From the NCBI GenBank assembly GCA_963851265.1, contig CAWKNZ010000002.1, forward strand, positions 1,664,001 through 1,728,000: a DNA stretch of 64,000 bases, written 5' to 3'. Numbering within the stretch: position 1 is the stretch's first letter; the number at the start of each line of letters is the position of its first letter. Positions 51,926 through 61,050 of this stretch are shown here, one piece after another. A program made the translations under genes and the position numbers. The notes beneath the pieces were generated by a model. It worked only from the letters and a program-made list of their open reading frames with translations. It made no database searches and was not told the DNA's origin. This DNA comes from an uncultured Gemmatimonadales bacterium (GTDB lineage: Bacteria > Gemmatimonadota > Gemmatimonadetes > Gemmatimonadales > Gemmatimonadaceae).

Positions 51926-53341
51926 ATGCCCATCGCGACCGTCAACCCGGCCACCCGCGAGGTGGTCCGCACCTTCCCCCCGGACGACGACGCGGCGGTC
52001 GAGCGCGCCCTCGCCGCGGCCTCCGAGACCGCGCGGACGTGGCGCACGGTCCCCGCCGCCGACCGCGCCGCGGTCGTCGCGCGCGCTGGCGACCTGCTCG
52101 ACGCGCGGCGCGACGCGTACGCGCGGCTCATGACGCTCGAGATGGGCAAGCCGATCCGCGCGGCGCGCGACGAGGCGGCGAAGTGTGCGCTCGCCTGCCG
52201 GTTCTACGCGGAGCACGGGCCGCGTTTCGTCGCGCCCGAGACGCTCTTCGACGACGCCTCGGGCAGCGGGCAGGTGCGCTACCAACCGTTAGGCGTCGTG
52301 CTCGCCGTGATGCCGTGGAACTTCCCGTTCTGGCAGGTCATCCGCTTCGCCGCGCCGGCGCTCGTCGCCGGGAATGTCGGGCTGCTGAAGCACGCGTCCA
52401 ACGTGCCGCAGTGCGCGCTCGCCATCGCCGAGCTGTTCCGCGACGCGGGCGCGCCGGCCGGGGCCTTTCAGACCCTGCTGGTCGACGCGCCGCGCGTGGG
52501 GCCGATCATCGCCGACCCGCGCGTCGCGGCCGTGACGCTCACAGGGAGCGAGGGCGCGGGCGCGTCCGTCGGCGCGGCCGCGGGCGCCGCGCTCAAGAAG
52601 ACCGTGCTCGAACTGGGCGGCAGCGACGCGTTCGTCGTCCTCGCCGATGCCGACGTCGAGGCGGCCGCCCGCGCCGCGGTCACCGCGCGGACGATCAACA
52701 ACGGGCAGTCGTGCATCGCGGCCAAACGGTTCGTCGTCGAACAACCGGTGTACGACGCGTTCGTCGACCGGCTCGCGGCGGGAATGCGCGCGCTCCGCGT
52801 AGGAGACCCGTTCGACGAGGAGACGGCGGTCGGTCCGCTCGCCACGGCGCAGATCCGCGACGACATCGCCGACCAGGTCCGCCGGACGCTCGACGCCGGC
52901 GCGCGTCTGGTCTGCGGCGGGGCGGCGCCCGACGGCGCCGCACTCGCCGGCGGGTTCTACTATCTGCCAACCGTGCTCGCCGACGTGCCGCGAGCCTCCC
53001 CGGCGGCCCAGGAAGAGACGTTCGGGCCCGTGGCGGCCGTCCTCCGCGCCGCCGACGCGGACGAGGCGCTCACCATCGCCAACGACACTCCGTACGGCCT
53101 GGGCGCGGCGGTCTGGACGCAAGATCCGGCCGCGGCCGAGCGGTTCGCCGCGGGGCTCGAGGCCGGGTCGGTGTTCGTGAACGGTATGGTCGTCTCGGAC
53201 CCGCGGCTCCCGTTCGGCGGGATCAAACGCTCGGGCTACGGACGCGAGTTGAGCGCGGTCGGACTGCGCGAGTTCACGAACGTGAAGACCGTGCGCGTCG
53301 CCCAAGGTGGCGCCGGCGCGCCGGGCGGCGCGACCGAGTAG
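51926..53341 (+). CDS. NAD(P)-dependent succinate-semialdehyde dehydrogenase family
   Basis: VMPWNFPFWQV.RFAAP, LKHASNVP, LELGGSD, NNGQSCIAAKR. Confidence 0.92.
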   Translation: MPIATVNPATREVVRTFPPDDDAAVERALAAASETARTWRTVPAADRAAVVARAGDLLDARRDAYARLMTLEMGKPIRAARDEAAKCALACRFYAEHGPRFVAPETLFDDASGSGQVRYQPLGVVLAVMPWNFPFWQVIRFAAPALVAGNVGLLKHASNVPQCALAIAELFRDAGAPAGAFQTLLVDAPRVGPIIADPRVAAVTLTGSEGAGASVGAAAGAALKKTVLELGGSDAFVVLADADVEAAARAAVTARTINNGQSCIAAKRFVVEQPVYDAFVDRLAAGMRALRVGDPFDEETAVGPLATAQIRDDIADQVRRTLDAGARLVCGGAAPDGAALAGGFYYLPTVLADVPRASPAAQEETFGPVAAVLRAADADEALTIANDTPYGLGAAVWTQDPAAAERFAAGLEAGSVFVNGMVVSDPRLPFGGIKRSGYGRELSAVGLREFTNVKTVRVAQGGAGAPGGATE

Positions 53342-53372
53342 GCGCGAGTCGCGGCGCCGCGAGGACGCCGCG

Positions 53373-55100
53373 TCAGGAGCGTGCCGGCAATACGGGCCGC
53401 AGCACGCGCCGCCACCAGCGCGCGCGCTGTTCGACGCGCTCCGCCGCCGCGCGGATGCGCCGCCACGCGCCGAGCATCGCCCCCGCGTCCGCGAAGCGCC
53501 GCTCCGGCTCGGGGTCGAGCGCGCGTCGCAGGAACTCGGCGAGCGCGGTCGGGAACCGGTCGAGCGGCGGTGCGCCGCGCATCTGCGACGCGAGCACCGC
53601 GGGTCCGTCGAGCCCGGGGAACGGCGGCTGCGCCTCGAGCGCGTAGTACAGGATCGCGCCCATCGCGAACACGTCCACCGTCGCGCCCTGCGGCTCGCCG
53701 AGCAGCTGCTCGGGCGGGGCGAACGCCGGGGTGCCCGACGCACCGGTGACCTCCTCGCCTAACGCACTCGCGATGCCGAAGTCCGACACGCGCCAGCGGC
53801 GGTAGCGGTCGATGAGCAGGTTCTCGGGCTTGAGGTCGCGGTGCACCACGCCGATCGCGTGCGCCGCGGCGAGCCCCTCGAGCACGAATTCGATCTGCGC
53901 GCCCACGTCGACGAGCGTGCGCGCCCCCGCGCGCCGCACGAGCTCCGCGAGCGAGCCGCCGTCGGCGAGCTCCATCGTGTACCAGCTCACCCCGCCGCGC
54001 GAGTCGAAGTCGAAGATCGGGACGAGCGCCGGGTGCGCGAGCTGCGCGGCGAGCGTCGCCTCGCGCCGGAACCGCGCCACCGCGTCGGCGTCGCGCGCCA
54101 CGTGCGCGTGCAGCATCTTGAGCGCGACCTCGCGTCCCAGCGAGAGGTCGCGCACGCGCCACACCGAGCCGAACGTGCCGGCGCCTAACGGTGCGAGCGT
54201 CTCGTAGTCGTCGCCGGTGGCCCAGCGCAGCCGCGCTTCGGCCGTGAGCGCGACGGTCTCGTCGGTCGCGCCCTCGGTCGCGACGATGGGCGTCGGCCGC
54301 ACCGCGATGCCGCGGTCGAGCGCGCGCACCATCGCCGCGACCGACGCGAACCGGCGCGTCGGGTCGGGGTCGAGCGCCCGCTCGATCACGTCGGCCGCGC
54401 TCGCCGGACACTCGGGACGCAGCAGGCGCACGGGCGGCACGTCGTCCGCCGGCGGCAGTTCGCCGGTGAGCGCGAAGAACGCCACCGCCGCCAGCTGCCA
54501 CTGGTCGGTGCTCACGGTGGGCGCCCACCGGCCACGCTCCTCCGGCGCCCGCGGAATCGTGACCGGGTCGGGCGAGATCGCCGCGGGGACGCGATCGCGC
54601 GGGACGGCCCATTGCCACCCCAACAGCCACAGCCGGCCGGACGAGGTCAGCCACAGGGTGCTCGGCGACACCGCCCCGTGCGGCCCGCCGCTGTCGTGCA
54701 GGTACGACACCACCGCGCCGGCCTCGCGCAGCAGCCGGAGCACCGCCGGGATCCCCTCTGGCCCGTGGCGCCCGACACGCTGGTGGAGCGGCTCTCCGCC
54801 GATCCAGCGGCGCAGGTACCCCGGCCCGCGTCGCGGCTCGCGCGCCGGCACCCAGTAGTGATACGTCGTCGGCACCGTCGGGTGACTGCGGTGCGCCAGC
54901 GCGCGCGCCTCGGCCAGCAGCCACGGCGCGTGCGCCGGATCGGGCGCGGTTACGAGCGACAGCGACCGCCCGAGCGCGTCGATGATCTCCTGGTAGTGCC
55001 GGTACTGCTCCTCGCGCGCGTCACTCCCCCACGCCCAGCCCGGCGGTAACTGCCACGACGCCAGGTGCGGTGGCAAGCGCGGGGAGGGGGCAGGAGGCAT
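53373..55100 (-). CDS. Tandem Ser/Thr kinase (N-terminal pseudokinase plus C-terminal intact kinase)
   Basis: C-terminal LGAGTFG, VALK, HRDLKPEN, DFG, PPE; N-terminal copy has HGAVSPST/LGW/APE. Confidence 0.88.
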   Translation of the reverse strand: MPPAPSPRLPPHLASWQLPPGWAWGSDAREEQYRHYQEIIDALGRSLSLVTAPDPAHAPWLLAEARALAHRSHPTVPTTYHYWVPAREPRRGPGYLRRWIGGEPLHQRVGRHGPEGIPAVLRLLREAGAVVSYLHDSGGPHGAVSPSTLWLTSSGRLWLLGWQWAVPRDRVPAAISPDPVTIPRAPEERGRWAPTVSTDQWQLAAVAFFALTGELPPADDVPPVRLLRPECPASAADVIERALDPDPTRRFASVAAMVRALDRGIAVRPTPIVATEGATDETVALTAEARLRWATGDDYETLAPLGAGTFGSVWRVRDLSLGREVALKMLHAHVARDADAVARFRREATLAAQLAHPALVPIFDFDSRGGVSWYTMELADGGSLAELVRRAGARTLVDVGAQIEFVLEGLAAAHAIGVVHRDLKPENLLIDRYRRWRVSDFGIASALGEEVTGASGTPAFAPPEQLLGEPQGATVDVFAMGAILYYALEAQPPFPGLDGPAVLASQMRGAPPLDRFPTALAEFLRRALDPEPERRFADAGAMLGAWRRIRAAAERVEQRARWWRRVLRPVLPARS

Positions 55101-55128
55101 CGTCGTCGCGTGGGTCGGCGCGGGCAGT

Positions 55129-58100
55129 CTAGGCCGGCCCGTCGGCTGCCCGCAACGCCACGGTCACGGTCGTTCCTTCCCCCTCCACGCTCTCGGCCGC
55201 GATCCGCCCACCCCATCCGTCGACGAGCCGGCGCGCGATCGCGAGGCCGAGCCCGCTGCCGCTCGTCCGCGTCGAGAAGTGCGGATCGAAGATGCGCGGC
55301 AGCACGTCGGGCGCTATCCCACAGCCGTCATCGCGAACCGAGAGCACGACGCCGGCGCCGTCGTGGTGGCCGCTGCGCGCGGCCGGTGCGACGGTGACCT
55401 GCACACGCCGTGCGCCGGCCAGCCGCGCGTTCTCGAGCAGGTTGAGCACCACCTCGCGCAGCTCGCCGTCGCGCGCCCACGCCGACGCCCGATCCGGCGC
55501 GTCGAGCTCCCACTGCACGTGACCGCCGTCCACGGCCTCCGCTTGCCCCGCGCCCTCCGCGGTCCCGAGCCGCTCGAGTGCGACCACGTCGCGCGCGATC
55601 GCGGCAACGTCGGCCGGTTCGGGCGCCGGAGCGTGGGCCGGCGTGGTGCCGTAACGGCTGAACGCCCGCGCGATCTCGTCCAGCCGGTCGATTTCCGCCA
55701 ACACCCGCTCGGCGTTCGCCTCGAGCAGCACGCCGAAGTCGCCGCGTCCGTCGCGGTACGCGCGTCGCAGGAGTTGCACGCCCAGCCGGATGGGGGTGAG
55801 CGGGTTTTTGATCTCGTGCGCGACCTGACGCGCCATCTCGCCCCACGCGAGCGCGCGCTGCGCGTGCGCGAGATCGGTCACATCGTCGAGGGTGAGCACC
55901 GCGCCCTGCGCCGCACGCACGAGCTCCACCGCGTCGAGACCCGAAACTCCGGTCGTGCCGGGCACCGCACCGAGCGTGGTGAGCCGAGCCCGGAGTTGTC
56001 GGCCGCGCAGCGTCACCTCGAACGCCACGTCGCGACCGTCCGGGCCCTCCGGAGAGACGCCAGCCGCCGCGTCGGCGAGAAACTCTCGCATCGGCCCGGC
56101 GATCTCGGGCGGGACGAGCAGATCGAGCGGGCGGCCGACCTCGAGCGGGCGGCCGAGCAGGGCCGCGGCGCGCGGGTTCGCGACGGTGACGCAGGCCGCC
56201 GCGTCGACCGCGATGACACCGCTCGCCACGTCGCGTAGTACGGCGCCGGTGCGGCGGCGCGCCGCCTCGAGTTCGACGTGACTCGCGTCGAGTTCCGAGG
56301 CCATGTGCCGGAACGCGCCGAACACCGGGCGGAATTCTGCCGGCGGTTCGCGATGGAGTGCGGCCGCGACCCGGTGCGCCCCGCGCCCGAGGCTCGCCGG
56401 GTCCGACTCGGAGAGTCCCGGCTTGCCGCGGGCCAGCGCGACCGCGGCGCGGCGCAGCGATCCCACCGGTCGCGCGAGTTGGCGCGCCGCGACGCCGCTC
56501 AGCCAGAGGGCCGCGAGCGCACCCGTCATCGCCGCGAGCAGGACGAGGAACCCGAGGTCTCGCCGCCGCTGGTCCAGCAGCACGTCGTCGCTGCGCGCTG
56601 GCGTGGCGAGAATCACCCGCCGACCGTCGGTCGTCAGCCCCGCGCGGAACCCGATGAGCGCGCGGCCGAGCGCGGCCGGACCGTCGATCGTCGCGGTGAG
56701 TTCGTCGCCCACGGCGACGCTCAGCATCTCGGCGACCGGCATGAGGCGACCGAGCGGCGCGAGCGGCACGAGCGCCGGCTCGCTCGCCGCAGTGAGCACG
56801 CCGCGCTCGTAGGCGAGCAGCGGCGCGCCGAGGCGCGCGGCCACCGGCGGCAGCACGCTCGTGCCCGCGCTCAGCGCGCCGTCCGCCATCGCGGCCCGCA
56901 GCGTCTCGCGCACGAGCTGGGTGCGCGCCTCACGGTCGCCCGCCTGCAGCTGCGCGAACGTCCACGCCGCGAAGACGAGCGTCGGGACCGCGAAGAAGCC
57001 GAACAACGCCGCCGTCAGGCGCGCGCGGTAGCTCCGCATCCAGTACTGCCAACCGCGGCGCGGCCGCGGCCAGCGCGCCGCATCGAGTGACGGGAGCCAC
57101 CAGAGCACGCCGATCACGAGCAGGTTGCCGAAGACCAGCAGCGCCGCGCGTTCGGCGAGTACGCCGAGCGACCCGAGCATCACTTCGACGTGCGCGGCCG
57201 CAGGGCCGTCCGGGAGGAGCACCTCGGCTTCGGCGTGCGCGATTTCGTCGCCGCGCGTCCAGCGCAGCGGCACCGGCCGCGCGTTCGGCGGCGGGCGGAC
57301 GCCCTCGGGCCGCGTCGCGCCCATCGGGCTCACGCGCCGCCCCTCGTGCAGGAGCGACAGGAGGTAGGGCGGCTCGTCGACGCGTGTCTGCCCACCGGCG
57401 AGCAGCACGTCGAGCGGGTCGATAGTCACGAACTGCGCGCGCGGGAAGAGCGTGACCGTCGCGATGCGCCCATCACGTTGCGGCACGGCGAGCAGCGTGG
57501 CCGCGCCCGGATCTGCCGCGATCGCGCGCGTCACCGCGGCGTGCGTCGCCGCGGCCTCTCGGATCGCGCCGACGACCGCCGTCGTATCGACGCCCCACAG
57601 GACGAAGCCGACGTGTTCGAGCGGCGACATGGCCCGCCGGGTCGTCGTGTCGGTCGCGGTCGCGTCGCGCACGGACGCCGTGTCCCACCGCGCGATCGAG
57701 ACGGGATAGCCGGCCGCGGCGAGCGCGGAGAGCGCGTAGCGCCGCAGGAGCGCCGCGCCGGCGGGGTCGCCCGCGGGCGCCGGGTCGGTCGCGAGCGTCC
57801 GGCCGAACCGCGCCAGCAGTGTGAGCGCGTCCGCATCGGGCATGGCGAGCGCGCGCACGTCGCGTTCGGCAAGCGCGACCTGACGCTCCATGGTCGCGCC
57901 CCAGACGAGCGTGCTCGCGCCGAGGCCGGCGACCGTGATCGCGGCAGGGATCACTGCGCGATTCGCGCGCGCCAGGACGACCAGCGCCGCCGGGATCGCC
58001 CAGAGCGCGGGATACCACGTCGGCCAGCCGTCGGGCGCGCTCCACTGTGTGGCCCCGACGACGGCGACGACCGCCGCGACGATCGGTCCGGCGAGGACGA

Positions 58101-59559
58101 AAAGCGACGCGTACGGCCCGACTTCGCCGCGCGTGAACCGCTCGCGCAACGGACGCACGAGCCCGACCACCCAGAGCAGGACGGCGGCGATGAGCAGGCA
58201 GAACGCGCCCTGCCACGCGATGAACAGCCCGGGCGTCGCGCCACCCGGGGGCGGGCTGATGCCGCGGGCCAGATCGCGTACGACGTGCGCTCCGAGTACG
58301 AACACCACCGCGCCGGCCAACGCCCCCCCGTACGCGCGCAACGTCCCTCGCCACCGGTCGCGCCCGGCTGCCTCCGTGCCGTGCCAGGCCGTGGCGACCG
58401 CGAGAAGTGCGACCGCACCCGTCGCGGCGAGCGCGCCGACGGTCGACGTGAGCGCGCCTCCAATCGGCGAGAAGTACACGGCGGGATCGAAGAACCGCGT
58501 CGCGTTGGAGAGCGCGCCGAGCGGCGTGAGGGCGAGCACCACCAGCGGGAGTGCGAGGCCGGCGGTCGACGCCGACGCGCGCGACAGGCGGGTGCGCGCG
58601 CCGAGGCGCCAGAGCGCGGCCGCGGCGAGCATCGTCATCAGGGTCACGCCCGGCGCGGCCACGCGACGCGCGTCGTCGAGGAGCTGCGCACGCACGGCGG
58701 CCGGGTCGGGCGGCACGGCACGGAGGGCGAGGCGCGCCGCCGAGCCCGGCACGGTCATTGTCCACCACTCCGGACCCACCGTCGGCGCCCCGTTCGCACT
58801 CGACCCCGACGGCTCGAGCGCGCGCACCTCCAGTCCACGCAACCCGCTCTCCCGCAACACGGCCGCGTCGAGCGCGCGCGCGAGGACGTCTGCCGGCGGC
58901 TCGGCGTGCAGCACGGTCGCAGCCACCGCGCGTCGACCGCCGCCCGATGCGGTCGCGTACAGCACCACGTAGAACGGCGAGCCCACGACACCCGTGCGCA
59001 CGCCCGCGTCGAGCGAATCGGGGCGGACGCGCCACGTTCCCGCCCAGCCCAGCGGCGTGCCGCGCGCGTCGAGCACCGCGACGGCGCGTTCACCGCGCCG
59101 TGCATCGCCCGAATCCGCGAGCGGCGCGAGCGCCTCGAACACCGCGCGCGGACTCCCCCCGGCCCGCGCGGCACGCGTGAGCGCGGTTCGCGCCGTGCGC
59201 TCGAGCGTCGCGAGGGTTGGCGCGACGGCAGCGGCCACGGCGGCCACCGCGGCGTTCTCGGGATGCGTGGCGCGCGCGCGCGCGACCTGCACGGCCGGCG
59301 TGGCGACGAGGAACGAGGCGAGCGCGAACAGCACGGCGGTCCCACGATCGATCTCGCGCTGGTGCACCGCGTCCGGCCCGAACCGCGGCCGTTTCCAACG
59401 CAGGGCGAGCGCGGCGATGCTGGCGACCACGGCGAGGACCGCATAGCGTTCGGAGGCGTTCCGAAACCAGAGCGCCGCCCCCAGCACCGCGACGGCTTGC
59501 AGAACGCCGACGCCGACGTCCGCCAGCTGCCCGCGACGTCCCTCCCGCCGCTCGCTCAT
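55129..59559 (-). CDS. Large multi-pass sensor histidine kinase (NtrY-like)
   Basis: Many TM helices, HAMP- and PAS-like segments, AWGEMARQVAHEIKNPLTPIRL, NLLENA, DDGCG, GSGLGL; start uncertain. Confidence 0.92.
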   Translation of the reverse strand: MSERREGRRGQLADVGVGVLQAVAVLGAALWFRNASERYAVLAVVASIAALALRWKRPRFGPDAVHQREIDRGTAVLFALASFLVATPAVQVARARATHPENAAVAAVAAAVAPTLATLERTARTALTRAARAGGSPRAVFEALAPLADSGDARRGERAVAVLDARGTPLGWAGTWRVRPDSLDAGVRTGVVGSPFYVVLYATASGGGRRAVAATVLHAEPPADVLARALDAAVLRESGLRGLEVRALEPSGSSANGAPTVGPEWWTMTVPGSAARLALRAVPPDPAAVRAQLLDDARRVAAPGVTLMTMLAAAALWRLGARTRLSRASASTAGLALPLVVLALTPLGALSNATRFFDPAVYFSPIGGALTSTVGALAATGAVALLAVATAWHGTEAAGRDRWRGTLRAYGGALAGAVVFVLGAHVVRDLARGISPPPGGATPGLFIAWQGAFCLLIAAVLLWVVGLVRPLRERFTRGEVGPYASLFVLAGPIVAAVVAVVGATQWSAPDGWPTWYPALWAIPAALVVLARANRAVIPAAITVAGLGASTLVWGATMERQVALAERDVRALAMPDADALTLLARFGRTLATDPAPAGDPAGAALLRRYALSALAAAGYPVSIARWDTASVRDATATDTTTRRAMSPLEHVGFVLWGVDTTAVVGAIREAAATHAAVTRAIAADPGAATLLAVPQRDGRIATVTLFPRAQFVTIDPLDVLLAGGQTRVDEPPYLLSLLHEGRRVSPMGATRPEGVRPPPNARPVPLRWTRGDEIAHAEAEVLLPDGPAAAHVEVMLGSLGVLAERAALLVFGNLLVIGVLWWLPSLDAARWPRPRRGWQYWMRSYRARLTAALFGFFAVPTLVFAAWTFAQLQAGDREARTQLVRETLRAAMADGALSAGTSVLPPVAARLGAPLLAYERGVLTAASEPALVPLAPLGRLMPVAEMLSVAVGDELTATIDGPAALGRALIGFRAGLTTDGRRVILATPARSDDVLLDQRRRDLGFLVLLAAMTGALAALWLSGVAARQLARPVGSLRRAAVALARGKPGLSESDPASLGRGAHRVAAALHREPPAEFRPVFGAFRHMASELDASHVELEAARRRTGAVLRDVASGVIAVDAAACVTVANPRAAALLGRPLEVGRPLDLLVPPEIAGPMREFLADAAAGVSPEGPDGRDVAFEVTLRGRQLRARLTTLGAVPGTTGVSGLDAVELVRAAQGAVLTLDDVTDLAHAQRALAWGEMARQVAHEIKNPLTPIRLGVQLLRRAYRDGRGDFGVLLEANAERVLAEIDRLDEIARAFSRYGTTPAHAPAPEPADVAAIARDVVALERLGTAEGAGQAEAVDGGHVQWELDAPDRASAWARDGELREVVLNLLENARLAGARRVQVTVAPAARSGHHDGAGVVLSVRDDGCGIAPDVLPRIFDPHFSTRTSGSGLGLAIARRLVDGWGGRIAAESVEGEGTTVTVALRAADGPA

Positions 59560-59570
59560 CCGCCGCTCTG

Positions 59571-61010
59571 ATGGACGCAGGACCGGACGTCGCGCCGGAT
59601 GAGCCGCCGCCCACGTCGGCACGCTCGTCGGTCCGACGCGTCGCAGACTTCACCCCCGGCGCGCTCGCCACCGAATTGCGCGCCGACGCGCGCCTGCTGC
59701 TGCCGGTCGGCGCGCTCACGATGCGCTGGGCACACCTCCCGACCGGCGCCGATACGGTGATCGTCGACCGCCTCGCGGACGACCTTTCCGCGCGTTCCGG
59801 CGTGTTGCGCGCGCCGACCGTCAGCTACGGCACGACGGAGTCGGCCCCCGCCGGCGCCCTCGGCGCCACATCGGTCCGGAAGAAGACACTGCACCGGCTG
59901 TTGAACGACCTGCTCGCCGAATGGGAGTTGCACGGCGTGGATGAGTTCGTCCTCGTGACGGCGCATCGGTACGACGCGCACCTGGAGGCGCTCGCGACGG
60001 TGATCACGGCGCGCGCGCGCGTGCGGGTCGTCGACGCGCTCGCGGTGAATTGTACGGACTTGCTCGTCTCGCCCAGTCCCGACGAGCGCGATGAGGAGAC
60101 CGCGACTTCGCTGCTGCTCCACCTCGCCCCAGAACTGGTGCGGATAGCCGTCCCGGTCGACGATGCCCCCCATCGCACACCGCGCGCCGAGCCCGCGGCG
60201 GTCGGACTCGCCGCAGCCAGCGCCGAGAAGGGGGAGCGCATCTATGCGCGCATTCTCGGCCGCATCGCGACGCGCGTGCTCGGCGTGCCGGTCGCGGACG
60301 CGCCGCGCTTCGCCGTCGCGGCCCTACTCGCGGGCACGCTGGCGGCCGCGCTCGCGCGCCCGAGCGCCGCGCGCGCGCAGGTGGTCGCGGTCGACGAGGG
60401 CAGCTTCGTGGTGACGCGCGCGGGCGCGACGATCGGGCGCGAGCAGTTTCGCATCGTCCGACAGCCCGTCGTCGGCGGAGCCGCGGCGTTCGTCGCCCGC
60501 TCGGTCGCGGCGTACGGGACGCACCGTGTGATCCCTGCCCTCCAAACCGACGAGTCCGGCGCGCCGCTCCGCTACCAGGTCGAGGTGCGCGGCGACGGCA
60601 TCGACGAACGCGTTTCGGCGCAGGCGGGCGCGACGGGCCACTTCGCGGCGCAGGTGCGGCGCCACGGTGCCGAGGGCGCACGCGAGTACCTCCTCGCGCC
60701 GAGCACGGTCATCGTCGACGACGACACGTTCCACCAGCTCTACTTCGTCGCGCGACGCGCGCTCGCCGGCGCGACCGTGGTCCCGGTGCTGGTACCACGT
60801 ACCGACGCGCAGCTCACGGTCGCGGTGACCCGCGTCGGCTCGGAAGCGGTGACGATCGGCGGGACCGCGCTGCCGGCCATCCACTTCGCCCTCACCGACG
60901 CGCGCGCCGCGTGGCGCCGCGACCTGTGGGTCGATCGCAACGCGCGCGTGCTCCGCGTGCTCGTGCCCGCGACCGGCGTCGAGGCCACCCGCGAAGATCC
61001 GCCGCGTTGA
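59571..61010 (+). CDS. Degenerate creatininase-like domain in frame with a signal-peptide-bearing beta-rich domain
   Basis: LLLPVG.....AHLPTGADT, APTVSYG, ASAEKGERIY; then AVAALLAGTLAAALARPSAARAQ and DEGSF...DLWVD...RVLRV. Confidence 0.7.
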   Translation: MDAGPDVAPDEPPPTSARSSVRRVADFTPGALATELRADARLLLPVGALTMRWAHLPTGADTVIVDRLADDLSARSGVLRAPTVSYGTTESAPAGALGATSVRKKTLHRLLNDLLAEWELHGVDEFVLVTAHRYDAHLEALATVITARARVRVVDALAVNCTDLLVSPSPDERDEETATSLLLHLAPELVRIAVPVDDAPHRTPRAEPAAVGLAAASAEKGERIYARILGRIATRVLGVPVADAPRFAVAALLAGTLAAALARPSAARAQVVAVDEGSFVVTRAGATIGREQFRIVRQPVVGGAAAFVARSVAAYGTHRVIPALQTDESGAPLRYQVEVRGDGIDERVSAQAGATGHFAAQVRRHGAEGAREYLLAPSTVIVDDDTFHQLYFVARRALAGATVVPVLVPRTDAQLTVAVTRVGSEAVTIGGTALPAIHFALTDARAAWRRDLWVDRNARVLRVLVPATGVEATREDPPR

Positions 61011-61050
61011 CGGCGCGCCGAACACGCGCCGACGACGCGATCGCGACCTC

